A stretch of DNA of 64,000 nt, from assembly GCA_963805855.1 (NCBI GenBank), contig CAWDVW010000006.1, forward strand, positions 96,001 through 160,000, read 5' to 3'. The first letter of the stretch is position 1; each line of letters opens with the position of its first letter. This DNA is from Candidatus Dadabacteria bacterium. GTDB lineage: Bacteria > Desulfobacterota_D > UBA1144 > Nemesobacterales > CSP1-2. The position numbers and the translations under genes were made by a program. Positions 18,758-28,675 of the stretch are shown one piece after another. Under the pieces are notes generated by a model. The model was not told the DNA's origin. It saw only the letters and a program-made list of their open reading frames with translations, and did not search any database.

Positions 18758-19209
18758 CTTATGTTTATAAAAAATATGTTTATAAAGATAGAGAATTGTA
18801 GATTTCAAATGAACAAATTATTTCTAGCTGCATTCATTATTGTTATGATCTTGATTTCATCATCGGTGTTCGTGCATATATCGACCGACTTGATGATATC
18901 GGAGAGGGTTCATAGGCAAGGCCGATCATTCTACCTACCGGAGCGACGGGAGGTTTATAGGCGATGATGATTAAAACCGAAGGCCGGGTGAATGCTGTTT
19001 TTTAAGTACTGGTGTCAAAGAATTGGTTAATTTTAGAGACGATTGGCAAAATTAATTCTACTAGCGGAAGCAGATAAGTGCGCAAAAGTTTTCAGCTAGT
19101 CCCTAATAACTAGTGTATAATTAGTGCTAATGTCAAGAATTCGGATACGACAATAATGGTATTCCTTCGGCAACGATGAACTCATTGTTCTCAGGATGGA
19201 GAGGTCTCA

Positions 19210-21327
19210 ATGATAAGTATTTCAGATACACATAAGAAGTTCATTTTATTTACGGCAATTGCGGGATTTATATTCTGGGCAGTTTATCGCTGGGGACCTA
19301 GCCTGCCTATACCGGCAATCGAAGATGGTGTCGTTTACTTTTTTGGCATATTGGCTGTTCTGATCGTCCTCTTTCTTTTGACATACTCCCTTCGAAAACG
19401 TGTGGCCAGGAGTATGCCAGGCAGGCTGGACAATTGGCTTTTAGCCCACATCTATCTGGGACTTTTGGGTCTTTTTATACTAGCACTTCATGCGGAGTTC
19501 CGTTTTGGTTGGAACTTTAGCACGGTTGGCGTGATCTTTTTTGTGTTGGTCGTTGTGACAGGAATTATAGGACGATATTTTTACAGTATCCTACCATCGT
19601 CCATCTCATCAGAGCAGAGGGATATTCTTTCGCAGGTGGCTGAGATTACAAAGGAAATAAGGGGTTTATTGGATGAAAAATCAAGGGCATTCCAAAAGAT
19701 CATTGGGTCAGAACTGGATACACCTTCACCACTCTCCGCAGATCCCGATTATTGGGAGGAACTCCTTTCAAAGATTGAAATAATTGCAGAGGGGGAAAGG
19801 GAAGAATTCAAGAAGGCCGTCGTTCTTCTCGAGGAGAAGGCAAAACTAGAGGCCGAGTCGGTAGGTCAGGTTAAATACAAGCCTCTTTTCAGTAGCTGGC
19901 TTACAGCGCATATAATAGTCACAATAGGGCTGATTATCATAATACCTTTGCACGTCCTTGATGATACCTTCGGGGTTTTTCGACCGACCGCATCAGATTT
20001 TCAGGGCGCAGAGCAATGCAGGCAATGCCACCAGAGGCAGTATGATGAGTGGATTGGCTCAATGCACGCATACGCCCAGGTCAGTCCTGTTTTTGCAGCC
20101 TTTAATGATAGGGTTAAAAACATGGGCACCGGGCCGTTTTGTGTGAGATGTCATACCCCCATAGGTACTGCGATTGGTGAGACGGGAACAACCCCCAACG
20201 ATGAAAGAGCGGCCATCTCTCTTATGGGTGTTCAATGCGATGTATGTCATAGGATTGAGAAAAACCACGGTACTGTAAGCGGAAAATTCCCTCTCTCACC
20301 GGGAAGAACCAAATATGGTCTATTCGGGTCTGGAGATAATGGTGATAAGAAGGCTTTAAGAAATGCGTTCCATAGAAGCCGGCAAGGTGACTTCCTCAAA
20401 ACCTCTGAGTTCTGCGGCTCCTGTCATGATGTCGTAGATCCCAAGGGCTTAAGGATTGAAGAGGCCTTTACCGAGTGGAACGAAAGCATATATGCGAAAA
20501 AAGGCATTACCTGTCAGGACTGCCATATGCGCGCTCTCCCTGGAAAAACCGATCAGAAAAAGATTATGGGGCAGGCCGCTATGATGTTCGGTGTTGATTT
20601 GCCCGATCGTCCACTTTCCGATCACTCCTTCATCGGTCCGGACAACCACCTCATCGATTCTTTTCCCTACCCTGACAACCCTGAGGAAAACGCAAGGATA
20701 CAGAGGAATTATCTAGAAAAAAAGAAATATCTGCTTCAAAATTGTGCCACAGTGGAAATCATAACTCCTGAAGTCGTTTCTCCATCTTCCAAATTCGATG
20801 TGGAGGTCAAGATAACCAATACAGGAGCCGGACATGGAATACCTACCGGTTTTACCGCTGAGAGGCAGGTCTGGATTGAAATCATCGTGAAGGATGCCGA
20901 CGGAAAGGTATTATTTGTTTCAGGTGACCTGGATGAGAACAAGGATCTGAGGAATAATCACAGCCATGCTGTAGAGTCAGAAGAAGTCCCTCTCGACGAG
21001 TGGCTTGTTAACCTGCAATCTCAGTTTGTGAGGGGAGGCGCGAATGGTACTGTGGAAGAGGTACTTCTACCCACTTTGGCCTTCGATATAGTTAAGCATA
21101 ATGTAATGCCTAATGAATCAAAATCCGGCTTCTATCCTATTACCCTTCCTCCGGATGCGAAAGGACCAATTACCGTGGATGTCAGGCTTCGTTACAGAAA
21201 CCTCCCTCCTTATATATTGGATCTTCTTGGGGTAGGTGAGCTTAAAGACCGGCTGGTAATAGTCGATATGGCAACTGACAGTAAGAAGATTTTTTTAGAA
21301 ACACCCAAGACAGCGCTCAATGAATAG
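19210..21327 (+). CDS. Membrane-bound multiheme cytochrome: N-terminal cytochrome b-like TM domain plus pentaheme c domain
   Basis: Five CxxCH motifs (CRQCH, CVRCH, CDVCH, CGSCH, CQDCH); two TM helices each carrying H-x13-H; C-terminal NTGAGHGIPTG Ig-like domain. Confidence 0.88.
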   Translation: MISISDTHKKFILFTAIAGFIFWAVYRWGPSLPIPAIEDGVVYFFGILAVLIVLFLLTYSLRKRVARSMPGRLDNWLLAHIYLGLLGLFILALHAEFRFGWNFSTVGVIFFVLVVVTGIIGRYFYSILPSSISSEQRDILSQVAEITKEIRGLLDEKSRAFQKIIGSELDTPSPLSADPDYWEELLSKIEIIAEGEREEFKKAVVLLEEKAKLEAESVGQVKYKPLFSSWLTAHIIVTIGLIIIIPLHVLDDTFGVFRPTASDFQGAEQCRQCHQRQYDEWIGSMHAYAQVSPVFAAFNDRVKNMGTGPFCVRCHTPIGTAIGETGTTPNDERAAISLMGVQCDVCHRIEKNHGTVSGKFPLSPGRTKYGLFGSGDNGDKKALRNAFHRSRQGDFLKTSEFCGSCHDVVDPKGLRIEEAFTEWNESIYAKKGITCQDCHMRALPGKTDQKKIMGQAAMMFGVDLPDRPLSDHSFIGPDNHLIDSFPYPDNPEENARIQRNYLEKKKYLLQNCATVEIITPEVVSPSSKFDVEVKITNTGAGHGIPTGFTAERQVWIEIIVKDADGKVLFVSGDLDENKDLRNNHSHAVESEEVPLDEWLVNLQSQFVRGGANGTVEEVLLPTLAFDIVKHNVMPNESKSGFYPITLPPDAKGPITVDVRLRYRNLPPYILDLLGVGELKDRLVIVDMATDSKKIFLETPKTALNE

Positions 21328-21464
21328 GTAGAAAACGAAAGTTCACAGTTTCAAACCCTCCCATTAATTCAGGTGGCATTCTTCCTAAGTTAGCAACCTC
21401 GGGATCGTGGAATGCTCTGGTGTTATTCTCCTTACATTGATAATTTACGATAAAGAATTGATAT

Positions 21465-21585
21465 TAGAGTACCCTGAGACCGTGTAAATGACGGCCTCAG
21501 GGCAAACAGGTGGAGAGGATAGGATGGAATCTAGTAATGCATTATTAAAAATCTTGCCTCTTTCAGATTGACCATGTTTTCAGCA
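21465..21585 (-). ncRNA. Candidate sigma-54-dependent small RNA
   Basis: Lies just downstream of a minus-strand sigma-54 promoter; CU-rich tract followed by a 12-bp hairpin; no convincing ORF. Confidence 0.5.
21472..21502 (-). terminator. Strong hairpin, likely 3' end of the candidate sRNA
   Basis: CCCTGAGGCCGT-CATTTAC-ACGGTCTCAGGG; the one non-Watson-Crick pair is G-U on the minus strand but A-C on the plus strand. Confidence 0.55.
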
Positions 21586-21595
21586 CATAGTTAAT

Positions 21596-21611
21596 TGCAA
21601 TAACCATACCA
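21596..21611 (-). promoter_or_regulatory. Sigma-54 (-24/-12) promoter
   Basis: Minus strand reads TGGTAT-GGTTA-TTGCA. Confidence 0.65.
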
Positions 21612-21681
21612 AATTCGGAGCTATTTTTTATTTAGTGATTAATGGGAGTTATGTATAAAGAAGGTATTCCAGAACAGGTCA

Positions 21682-21720
21682 GTGCAAATATGCACTGTGC
21701 ATCATGTGTGATTTTGCACA
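21682..21720. promoter_or_regulatory. Tandem palindromic enhancer (candidate bEBP binding site)
   Basis: GTGCAAATATGCAC-TGTGCATCA-TGTGTGATTTTGCACA; same architecture at 48284-48322. Confidence 0.6.
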
Positions 21721-22357
21721 ATATATTGGGCTTAACTTTTGATATTTATCCCCGCTGACACATTTTTGGGTTTTACCATAAGACCAGATGGAGGATTTTC
21801 GGGATATCTGGCTTCGCCCGGTATTAAAACGTTAAAATCCCCAATACAACCTATGATCAGGTATCCATTCCGAAGCGAATAAGCGAATAATAGAAGAGCC
21901 CTAGGGGGCGCTCACCTTTCTGGAGAAGGTGGCAACCCGTGGTAAGCTAGGGTTGCCCAGTGCTAAAAGATTCTAACACTGATACATCAATATTATAGCT
22001 GCAATTTGTCTCCCTATGCGAAGATTTTTAGAATTGTTCGCGTCGGGACCCTCATCTTTCCGGCAATACCCTTGAGGCTTCCGATCGACAAGATGCAAGA
22101 TAGCATAAGGATTTAGAGTCATCAGATTTTATGCTATTCAACCAGTCCGATTTTAGGCCTGATCACATCTCTAATAACCCATTTTCCGGATTTGAAAGGC
22201 CGGTTACAGGTCCGAGGGATTTCCTGGAAAGATGTATGAAGGAGAAATTATAATTGGCTGCTCAGAGGAATTGATCGAATATAGCGTGTAATATGAATTT
22301 GTGGCAATTGGGCTATCAGGTGTTATCATAATAAGTGATACATTTCGCCTAGATCTT

Positions 22358-22828
22358 ATGATAAAGAATGCGGTAATATTAATTTTGCTAGTCCTATTGG
22401 GTATCTCTTCATATCTTTTACTTGAAGCCAGGTTCCCTGAGCTCATGTTCTGGGCTAAAAACTATAACACGGGTATCAATGACTCGCTGGAAAAGGGTGG
22501 AAACATGGAAGAAGCGATTGAAACATTAGGTCCGACGCCCACGCCTGAAATGTCTGCTGAACCAACTATTAGGCTTACCCTTGGACCTTCTCGCGCCGCT
22601 AACGAAGGAGCGGATTCAAGGGAAATACATTTACAATATGAACTGATACGTCCTTCTTTTCTAGAAGTCTTAGACTCGACCGGTAATACGGCGGTCGAGG
22701 TTAATCTAGAAACCGGTGAAACTGTTTTCGGTAAGGACTATAATCCCGACGAGGCTTCCAAAGAATTTTGGAAGTCGCTCGCAAAGAATTATCCTGAAGT
22801 ATGCGTTCTAAAACAAGACCGGGAATGA
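22358..22828 (+). CDS. Hypothetical membrane-anchored protein
   Basis: N-terminal TM helix, Pro/Thr linker, small C-terminal domain. Confidence 0.65.
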   Translation: MIKNAVILILLVLLGISSYLLLEARFPELMFWAKNYNTGINDSLEKGGNMEEAIETLGPTPTPEMSAEPTIRLTLGPSRAANEGADSREIHLQYELIRPSFLEVLDSTGNTAVEVNLETGETVFGKDYNPDEASKEFWKSLAKNYPEVCVLKQDRE

Positions 22829-23014
22829 TCCTCTTAGTATTCAATTTAATTAGCCGGCGTATCTGGTTTGTAGGCTCAATTTATCGTTGAGATACTCAAA
22901 TAAACCTTTGCAAATGAGTACAAAACCTCGGTGCTAATTAATGAACTCCCCTAACGTGGGGTGAACGATTCATGAAGCGTTTTGTCTTTCTCCGGTTTTA
23001 GTTCATTACCAGGC

Positions 23015-23296
23015 TTATTTAAGCACTGCATCGCTGCAGGATTTAGCGATCCTAAACTTTAGAGCCCTTTTTGCTGGAATGTGTATGGTCTCACCGGTTG
23101 CAGGGTTTCTTCCCATACGAGCCTTACGATTTACAACTACAAGCTTTCCAATACCTGGAATAGTAAAAGAGTTCTCCGCCTCCCTATAAGCTATTGTTGC
23201 AAGCTCGTTTAATACATCATCGGCTGACTTTTTCGTTATCCCTGTCTTTTGAGCGAGTTCTCCGGCTAATTGTGACTTTGTCATTTGCTTTGCCAT
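23015..23296 (-). CDS. hup: HU family DNA-binding protein
   Basis: MTKSQL...IPGIGKL...RKARMGRNPATGE...KFR. Confidence 0.92.
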   Translation of the reverse strand: MAKQMTKSQLAGELAQKTGITKKSADDVLNELATIAYREAENSFTIPGIGKLVVVNRKARMGRNPATGETIHIPAKRALKFRIAKSCSDAVLK

Positions 23297-23484
23297 TATA
23301 AGACTTCCTCCTTTAACATGTTTTTTTCTATTAGCTCAAGACCTGAATGAATATCCCATTATCACACGAAATACTGGTGTTTGTCAAGCAACGAAGTGCT
23401 TTAGGGTTTCGCCTTTGTGATTGTCCCGGCCAGTCAAAATATTGTTTTTTTTCTTTTGCTTACTGTGTATAATCCTTAACCATC

Positions 23485-24774
23485 TTGAGAATAATAAGAA
23501 TCGGGAAGAAGGATCTGGATAGTAAAGTAATTGGGTTAAGGAGCAAAGAATCGGAGAAGGATCTCAAGCTCCGAGCTTCAGTTAATAAAATTGTAGATGA
23601 TGTTAAAAGAAATGGCGATCGCGCTCTTTTCAAATACACCGAGAAATTTGATGAATTTGTATTATCAGAAAAAAATGTGAAGGTCTCGCGGGACGAGGTC
23701 GAGCGTGCAAAGCGGGCTGTTTCAAAAGAAATTAGATCATACCTGCGGATAGCAGCCAAAAGGATTAGGGAATATCAGAAGAACAGGCTTCCACGCGGGA
23801 AGACCTACACAGATTCTTTAGGCAACAGGCTTGGCTGGGTAGTAAGACCGGTTGAGAGGGTAGGGATCTACATTCCTGGCGGTAAAGCTTCATATCCATC
23901 TACGGTGCTGATGACGGCAATTCCGGCAAGGGTTGCCGGGGTCGAACACGTAAGCATTGTTACGCCTTGTCCAAAAGGAGAAATAAATCCAGAGGTTCTC
24001 TTTGCCTCCTCTATTGCTGGAGTCGATTCAATTTACAAGGTTGGTGGCGCCCAAGCGATTGCGGCTCTTGCTTATGGGACTGAGTCGATTCCTAAGGTGG
24101 ATAAAGTAGTAGGTCCGGGAAATATCTATGTTACGATCGCAAAAAAGCTTGTTTTCGGTGACGTTGACATTGATATGGTCGCCGGTCCGAGTGAGGTGTT
24201 GATAATTTCAGACGGGTCACTGCCTGCCGAATGGGTGGCAGCGGACCTATTGGCCCAGGCAGAGCACGATGAATTGGCCGTACCGATACTTGTGACAAAC
24301 TCAATCCGATTTGCAAATGAAGTCGATCGACAATTGTCAGTCAGCCTCAAGACACTTACGAGAAAGGTAATAGCTAAAAAGGCCATCGACAGACAGGGGA
24401 GAATATTTGTCGTTGAAAGTCTTCAGGATGCTGCAAGAGTAGCTAACGTGATTGCCCCCGAGCATTTAGAGCTCTGTGTAAGAAGGCCAAGGTCTATTTT
24501 AAAGATGATAAAAAATGCCGGCGCTATATTCCTGGGAAACATATCGACCGAAGCCTTTGGGGATTATGTCGCCGGCCCGAGCCATGTGCTTCCGACGGGC
24601 GGTGCTGCCAGATTTTCATCGCCGCTGAGTGTTTACGATTTTTTGAAGATGCCTAGTTTGATATCAATATCGAAGAAGGGTTTTAACAAACTCTGCGATC
24701 CGGTTATGGGTTTAGCGGAGAGCGAGGGGCTCGAGGCTCACGCTATTTCGGTTAAAGTTCGTTGCACATTGTAA
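23485..24774 (+). CDS. hisD: Histidinol dehydrogenase
   Basis: GIYIPGGKA, GPGNIYV, IDMVAGPSEV, QAEHD, APEHLEL, GDYVAGPSHVLPT. Confidence 0.96.
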   Translation: MRIIRIGKKDLDSKVIGLRSKESEKDLKLRASVNKIVDDVKRNGDRALFKYTEKFDEFVLSEKNVKVSRDEVERAKRAVSKEIRSYLRIAAKRIREYQKNRLPRGKTYTDSLGNRLGWVVRPVERVGIYIPGGKASYPSTVLMTAIPARVAGVEHVSIVTPCPKGEINPEVLFASSIAGVDSIYKVGGAQAIAALAYGTESIPKVDKVVGPGNIYVTIAKKLVFGDVDIDMVAGPSEVLIISDGSLPAEWVAADLLAQAEHDELAVPILVTNSIRFANEVDRQLSVSLKTLTRKVIAKKAIDRQGRIFVVESLQDAARVANVIAPEHLELCVRRPRSILKMIKNAGAIFLGNISTEAFGDYVAGPSHVLPTGGAARFSSPLSVYDFLKMPSLISISKKGFNKLCDPVMGLAESEGLEAHAISVKVRCTL

Positions 24775-24861
24775 ATAACTTCGCTTATAGGATATTGGGT
24801 TGATTATCGACATTATTGAATATGTATAAACTAAACTCGCGATTTTAAGTGGTGGTAGGCC

Positions 24862-26235
24862 TTGGGAACCAGATGCTCATTTTGCGACGTTCCATCTGAG
24901 AAATTAAAGGCGGTCTATCGAAGAAGGGGTTATTCGGTTTGTTCGGATTGTCTTATCTTAGTAAGAGAGATACTGGCTGAATTCTCGAGGGGGGATGTAT
25001 TTCAGGGTAGAGGAAGATGCTCATTTTGCGGAGAGGAGCACAGCGCTGAAAGATTGGTTTTCCGTGGTAAAAATGCAAAAATTTGTAATGAGTGTGCAAG
25101 CGGGGGAGAAAAAGAGATAAAGGGATTTAAGATTACCGCTGCTGTAGGTTCTAAGAAATCCAGAGGAGGCGATAATCTGGTTAACTCGCGGGTGAGAAAA
25201 GTAATACGGGATCTCTCTCCATACACGGTTCCGGAAGTCGAATGTCCTGTCAAGCTTGACGGAAATGAAAGCCCATTTTCACTGCCAGCCGAGGTATTGG
25301 ATAAAGTGGTGGCGGAGATAGCAAAAATCCCCATTAACAGATATCCTGACCCAAGCGCGGTAGGCTTGAGAAAAAAATTCTCGCAGATAACGGGATTCCC
25401 CTCAGAGGGAATCCTACTGGGAAACGGGTCCGACGAGTTAATTGAAATGCTCTTAATAACCTTTTCCGGGGGTAGTGGTAAGGTGCTAATACCTGCGCCG
25501 ACATTTTCCATGTTTAAGTTATCCACCGTAGCCCTGGGTTTGGAACCATTAAGTGTGGAGCTTGACCGGTATTTTGACATTGATCTGGGGAAAATGTTGA
25601 AGGTCCTAAAGGATAATGATCCCGATATAACCTTTCTTGCGTCCCCTAACAACCCTACAGGCAACAGTTTCAGTGAGGAGAGGATCATCGGAATCATAGA
25701 GAACGCAAAGGGTGTTGTTGTTGTAGACGAGGCTTACACTGACTTCTGCGCTAAATCACACCTACCGCTAATAGAGAAATATGAAAATCTTGTAGTTCTC
25801 AGGACAATGTCAAAGGTGGGTTTTGCAGGAATCAGGCTGGGAATATTATTTGCCAGGAATCACCTGGTAAAAGAGATCAACAAGGTGCGCCTTCCGTATA
25901 ATATCAATCTATACAGTCAGAGGATAGCGGAGTTGATCCTCGAAAATCTATCGTTCGTTGGTGAAAACATCCAGTTGGTCATGAGGGAGAGGGAGAGGGT
26001 ATTTAAGGAGCTTAAAAGAATACGCGGAATTGAGGCATTCCCGAGCGATGCAAACTTCATACTAATGCGGGTAATTGATGCTGACACTGTTCACAATGAG
26101 TTGATAAATAGGGGAGTAATTGTCAGAAACTTTAACTCTCCGGGAAGGTTGGAAAACTGCCTGCGAGTTACTATTGGCACGCCTGATGAGAACGATTCAT
26201 TTATCAGGGCATTAGAAGAGATTGTTTCGCCTTAG
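24862..26235 (+). CDS. hisC: Histidinol-phosphate aminotransferase with an in-frame N-terminal tandem ClpX C4-type zinc-finger extension
   Basis: KLDGNESP, NRYPD, GNGSDELI, SPNNPTG, DEAY, RTMSK (PLP Lys). The first ~100 aa hold two CSFC...CxxC motifs. Confidence 0.9.
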   Translation: MGTRCSFCDVPSEKLKAVYRRRGYSVCSDCLILVREILAEFSRGDVFQGRGRCSFCGEEHSAERLVFRGKNAKICNECASGGEKEIKGFKITAAVGSKKSRGGDNLVNSRVRKVIRDLSPYTVPEVECPVKLDGNESPFSLPAEVLDKVVAEIAKIPINRYPDPSAVGLRKKFSQITGFPSEGILLGNGSDELIEMLLITFSGGSGKVLIPAPTFSMFKLSTVALGLEPLSVELDRYFDIDLGKMLKVLKDNDPDITFLASPNNPTGNSFSEERIIGIIENAKGVVVVDEAYTDFCAKSHLPLIEKYENLVVLRTMSKVGFAGIRLGILFARNHLVKEINKVRLPYNINLYSQRIAELILENLSFVGENIQLVMRERERVFKELKRIRGIEAFPSDANFILMRVIDADTVHNELINRGVIVRNFNSPGRLENCLRVTIGTPDENDSFIRALEEIVSP

Positions 26236-27774
26236 TTTTCCTGAAAACGCATAGCCGATCCAAAAAACAAGGCATCCAAGAGGAAATAGGTACCCAATCT
26301 TAGTGTAAAGCGTAATGTTGTCATTCAATATCGCGACCTTTCCCTCCAGGCTTGTTACTTTGAAGATATCTGTTTTTTCAACAATCCTCCCGACAGAGTC
26401 GATTATTGCACTGATTCCGGTGTTTGTCGCCCGGATCAAATAACGCCTAGTCTCCACGGATCTGGGTATCGAAAGGAGAAGGTGTTGATAAGGCGCGTAG
26501 GTTTTTCCAAACCAAGCATCGTTCGTGATATTGACGATGAGGTTGGCCCCCATGGCAGCGAATTTTCTGCTGAAAGATGGGATTATGTCCTCGTAACAGA
26601 TAAGAGGAGCGATCTTGAGCCCCTTCTCCCTTATTTCAAACAACGTGAGTTCATTGCCAGGGATGAAATCGCCAGATGCGGGGCTTATTCTTTGCAATGA
26701 AGGGAAAATATTTGTAAATGGCAAGTATTCGCCGAAGAGCAAGAGCTTAATTTTATGGTATCTGCCAAGTATTTTTCCATTTGAGTCAGTAAGGAATGCG
26801 GTATTATATTTTTTTATGTCATTTAATTCAATCACATCAGACGGATTGTTCTTTGTCTCAAACGATAGTCCGCCTACGAGGAAGTAGGTTCCGGGAATAT
26901 CTGGTACCGCAATACTTCCTCGTTCGATGAGTTCATCTGCTGAAGTCGGTATCCATGCTTGTATAGCGGTTTCCGGCCAAATTATCAGGTCTGGCGGATT
27001 TAGCGCTTCGGACATCGATTTGTGTCTCTTGGAGATAATATCTTGGTTATTTTCGACCTTCTCAAAGAAGTCGAAATTTGCCTGCACCAGTCCCACACTT
27101 AACTTTGGAGCTTCTGACATCAATTTATTTTCCGTTTTCACCCTCCAAAATCCATAAGAGATGGTGAGGGTAAGCAGAATAACAGAGATTATTATCTCAA
27201 AATAAGGCATTTGATTCTGCTCTTTGATAAATATGTAAACTCTCATCAGCGTTACATTAACAATTGCGATTAAAAAACCAACGGCGTAAATACCGAATAA
27301 ATCGGACACCTGAATCATTGGGGGGAAATTGGCCTGGGGGTTTGCGATCGTATAGGGGAATAGGAAAGGAAATAGGAATTCAACTGATGTCCATATTGAG
27401 GCTATTGCTAATGCTGAGGATATGCCTCTTTTCTTTAGCAGTTGGAGTTTTGTTGTAAGATAAGAGAAAATTCCGAAGGATAAGCCTGTAAATGCGCTCA
27501 GTACTAAGAGGAAGAATAAGCTAACAGGAAAAGGAAAACCCCCGAATCTTGAAAGAGTTCCAATCAGCCAGTAAAAACCCAATGAATTCGTTACAGTGCC
27601 CGCCAATGTGCCAAGTACTAAGGCACCCGTAGGACTCTTATCTCTTATCGCAATAAGAAGTGGAATTAGAAGAAACCAGGAAACGACACCAGAATATGGA
27701 ACCATAAATGTGAGGGCGAAGAGCACTCCGGAGATGCCTGATAGAATTATGTCGATTTTTTTAATATTGCTCAT
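26212..27774 (-). CDS. lnt: Apolipoprotein N-acyltransferase
   Basis: Multi-TM N-terminus; nitrilase triad WPETA, YHKIKLLLFGE, ICYED; RATNTGIS. Confidence 0.93.
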   Translation of the reverse strand: MSNIKKIDIILSGISGVLFALTFMVPYSGVVSWFLLIPLLIAIRDKSPTGALVLGTLAGTVTNSLGFYWLIGTLSRFGGFPFPVSLFFLLVLSAFTGLSFGIFSYLTTKLQLLKKRGISSALAIASIWTSVEFLFPFLFPYTIANPQANFPPMIQVSDLFGIYAVGFLIAIVNVTLMRVYIFIKEQNQMPYFEIIISVILLTLTISYGFWRVKTENKLMSEAPKLSVGLVQANFDFFEKVENNQDIISKRHKSMSEALNPPDLIIWPETAIQAWIPTSADELIERGSIAVPDIPGTYFLVGGLSFETKNNPSDVIELNDIKKYNTAFLTDSNGKILGRYHKIKLLLFGEYLPFTNIFPSLQRISPASGDFIPGNELTLFEIREKGLKIAPLICYEDIIPSFSRKFAAMGANLIVNITNDAWFGKTYAPYQHLLLSIPRSVETRRYLIRATNTGISAIIDSVGRIVEKTDIFKVTSLEGKVAILNDNITLYTKIGYLFPLGCLVFWIGYAFSGKLRRNNLF

Positions 27775-27878
27775 CTCTTCGATTAAAAGATACCTGTATT
27801 TATAGATTCACCTGGATTTTAAATCTGGTTTTAGATAGGGATATAGTTTAGATCGTATAGGCTCAGTGTCATCGATAA

Positions 27879-28670
27879 TTATCGTTTTTTTTTCGCCTTC
27901 GAGATGTTCCGTTCGGTTTGCGGCTTCAGGGAGTTTATCTGAATGAGCTTAATCGCCCCGACTGCAATTATTACGATAGCCATGACTTGAGCTACAGATA
28001 AGTGTGGAATTGGGCTTGGAGTTGTTGATCTGACAACTTCTATAAAGAACCTCTCAAGGCCTGCAAGAATGAAATAAATTGAAAATAACCACCCGTCGGG
28101 GGCTGGCTTTTTCCTTATTTTCCAAATTATGATGAAAACCACCGTCATCGCCATTACCTCATAGAGCTGAGTCGGGTGTACTCTCTCAGTGGTGGGAGGG
28201 AGCCCTTCAGGAAAGGAAATCGCCCAAGGTAGATTTGATTTTATTCCGTAGTCGTCTCCGACCAGAAAACAACCTATGCGACCGATTGCGTAACCCAGAG
28301 CAAGCGAAGGAGAAATTGCATCTCCAATTTTCCAGAAGCTCGTCTTGCTTCTGCGTGCAACAATTAATAATAGAATTACAGCCCCGATGAATCCGCCATA
28401 GAACGTAAGACCTCCCCTTGAGAATAGGTAACCCAGCGGGTTGCCAATCAAATCAGATATTGGGACATTTTCAATCACATAGAGGATCTTTGCCCCACCG
28501 ATTCCACCTATTATTATCGCAAGAAATACATTGCTCAGGAGATTCTCGGTAAGACCCTTTCTCTTGAATTCAAATGACATCACCCAGTATGCCGCAAGGA
28601 AGGCGATGGCAACCATTAACCCGAATGAAGATATTTGAAAGTTCCCAATCTTAAATAGTTCTGGATACAA
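27879..28670 (-). CDS. lgt: Prolipoprotein diacylglyceryl transferase
   Basis: GGLTFYGG, GRIGCF, HPTQLYE, RFFIE. Confidence 0.92.
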   Translation of the reverse strand: MYPELFKIGNFQISSFGLMVAIAFLAAYWVMSFEFKRKGLTENLLSNVFLAIIIGGIGGAKILYVIENVPISDLIGNPLGYLFSRGGLTFYGGFIGAVILLLIVARRSKTSFWKIGDAISPSLALGYAIGRIGCFLVGDDYGIKSNLPWAISFPEGLPPTTERVHPTQLYEVMAMTVVFIIIWKIRKKPAPDGWLFSIYFILAGLERFFIEVVRSTTPSPIPHLSVAQVMAIVIIAVGAIKLIQINSLKPQTERNISKAKKKR

Positions 28671-28675
28671 TTAAA

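Noticed and set aside
21897-21915. CCCTAGGGGGCGC as an attR copy of the tRNA-Arg 3' end
   Set aside because: Only a short GGGGGCGC match, no T-arm sequence and no integrase; compatible with chance.
25002-25697. 231-aa minus-strand ORF and other long antisense ORFs (e.g. 29118-29606, 8062-8547, 37948-38373)
   Set aside because: They are shadows of well-supported genes on the opposite strand and have no recognisable motifs.
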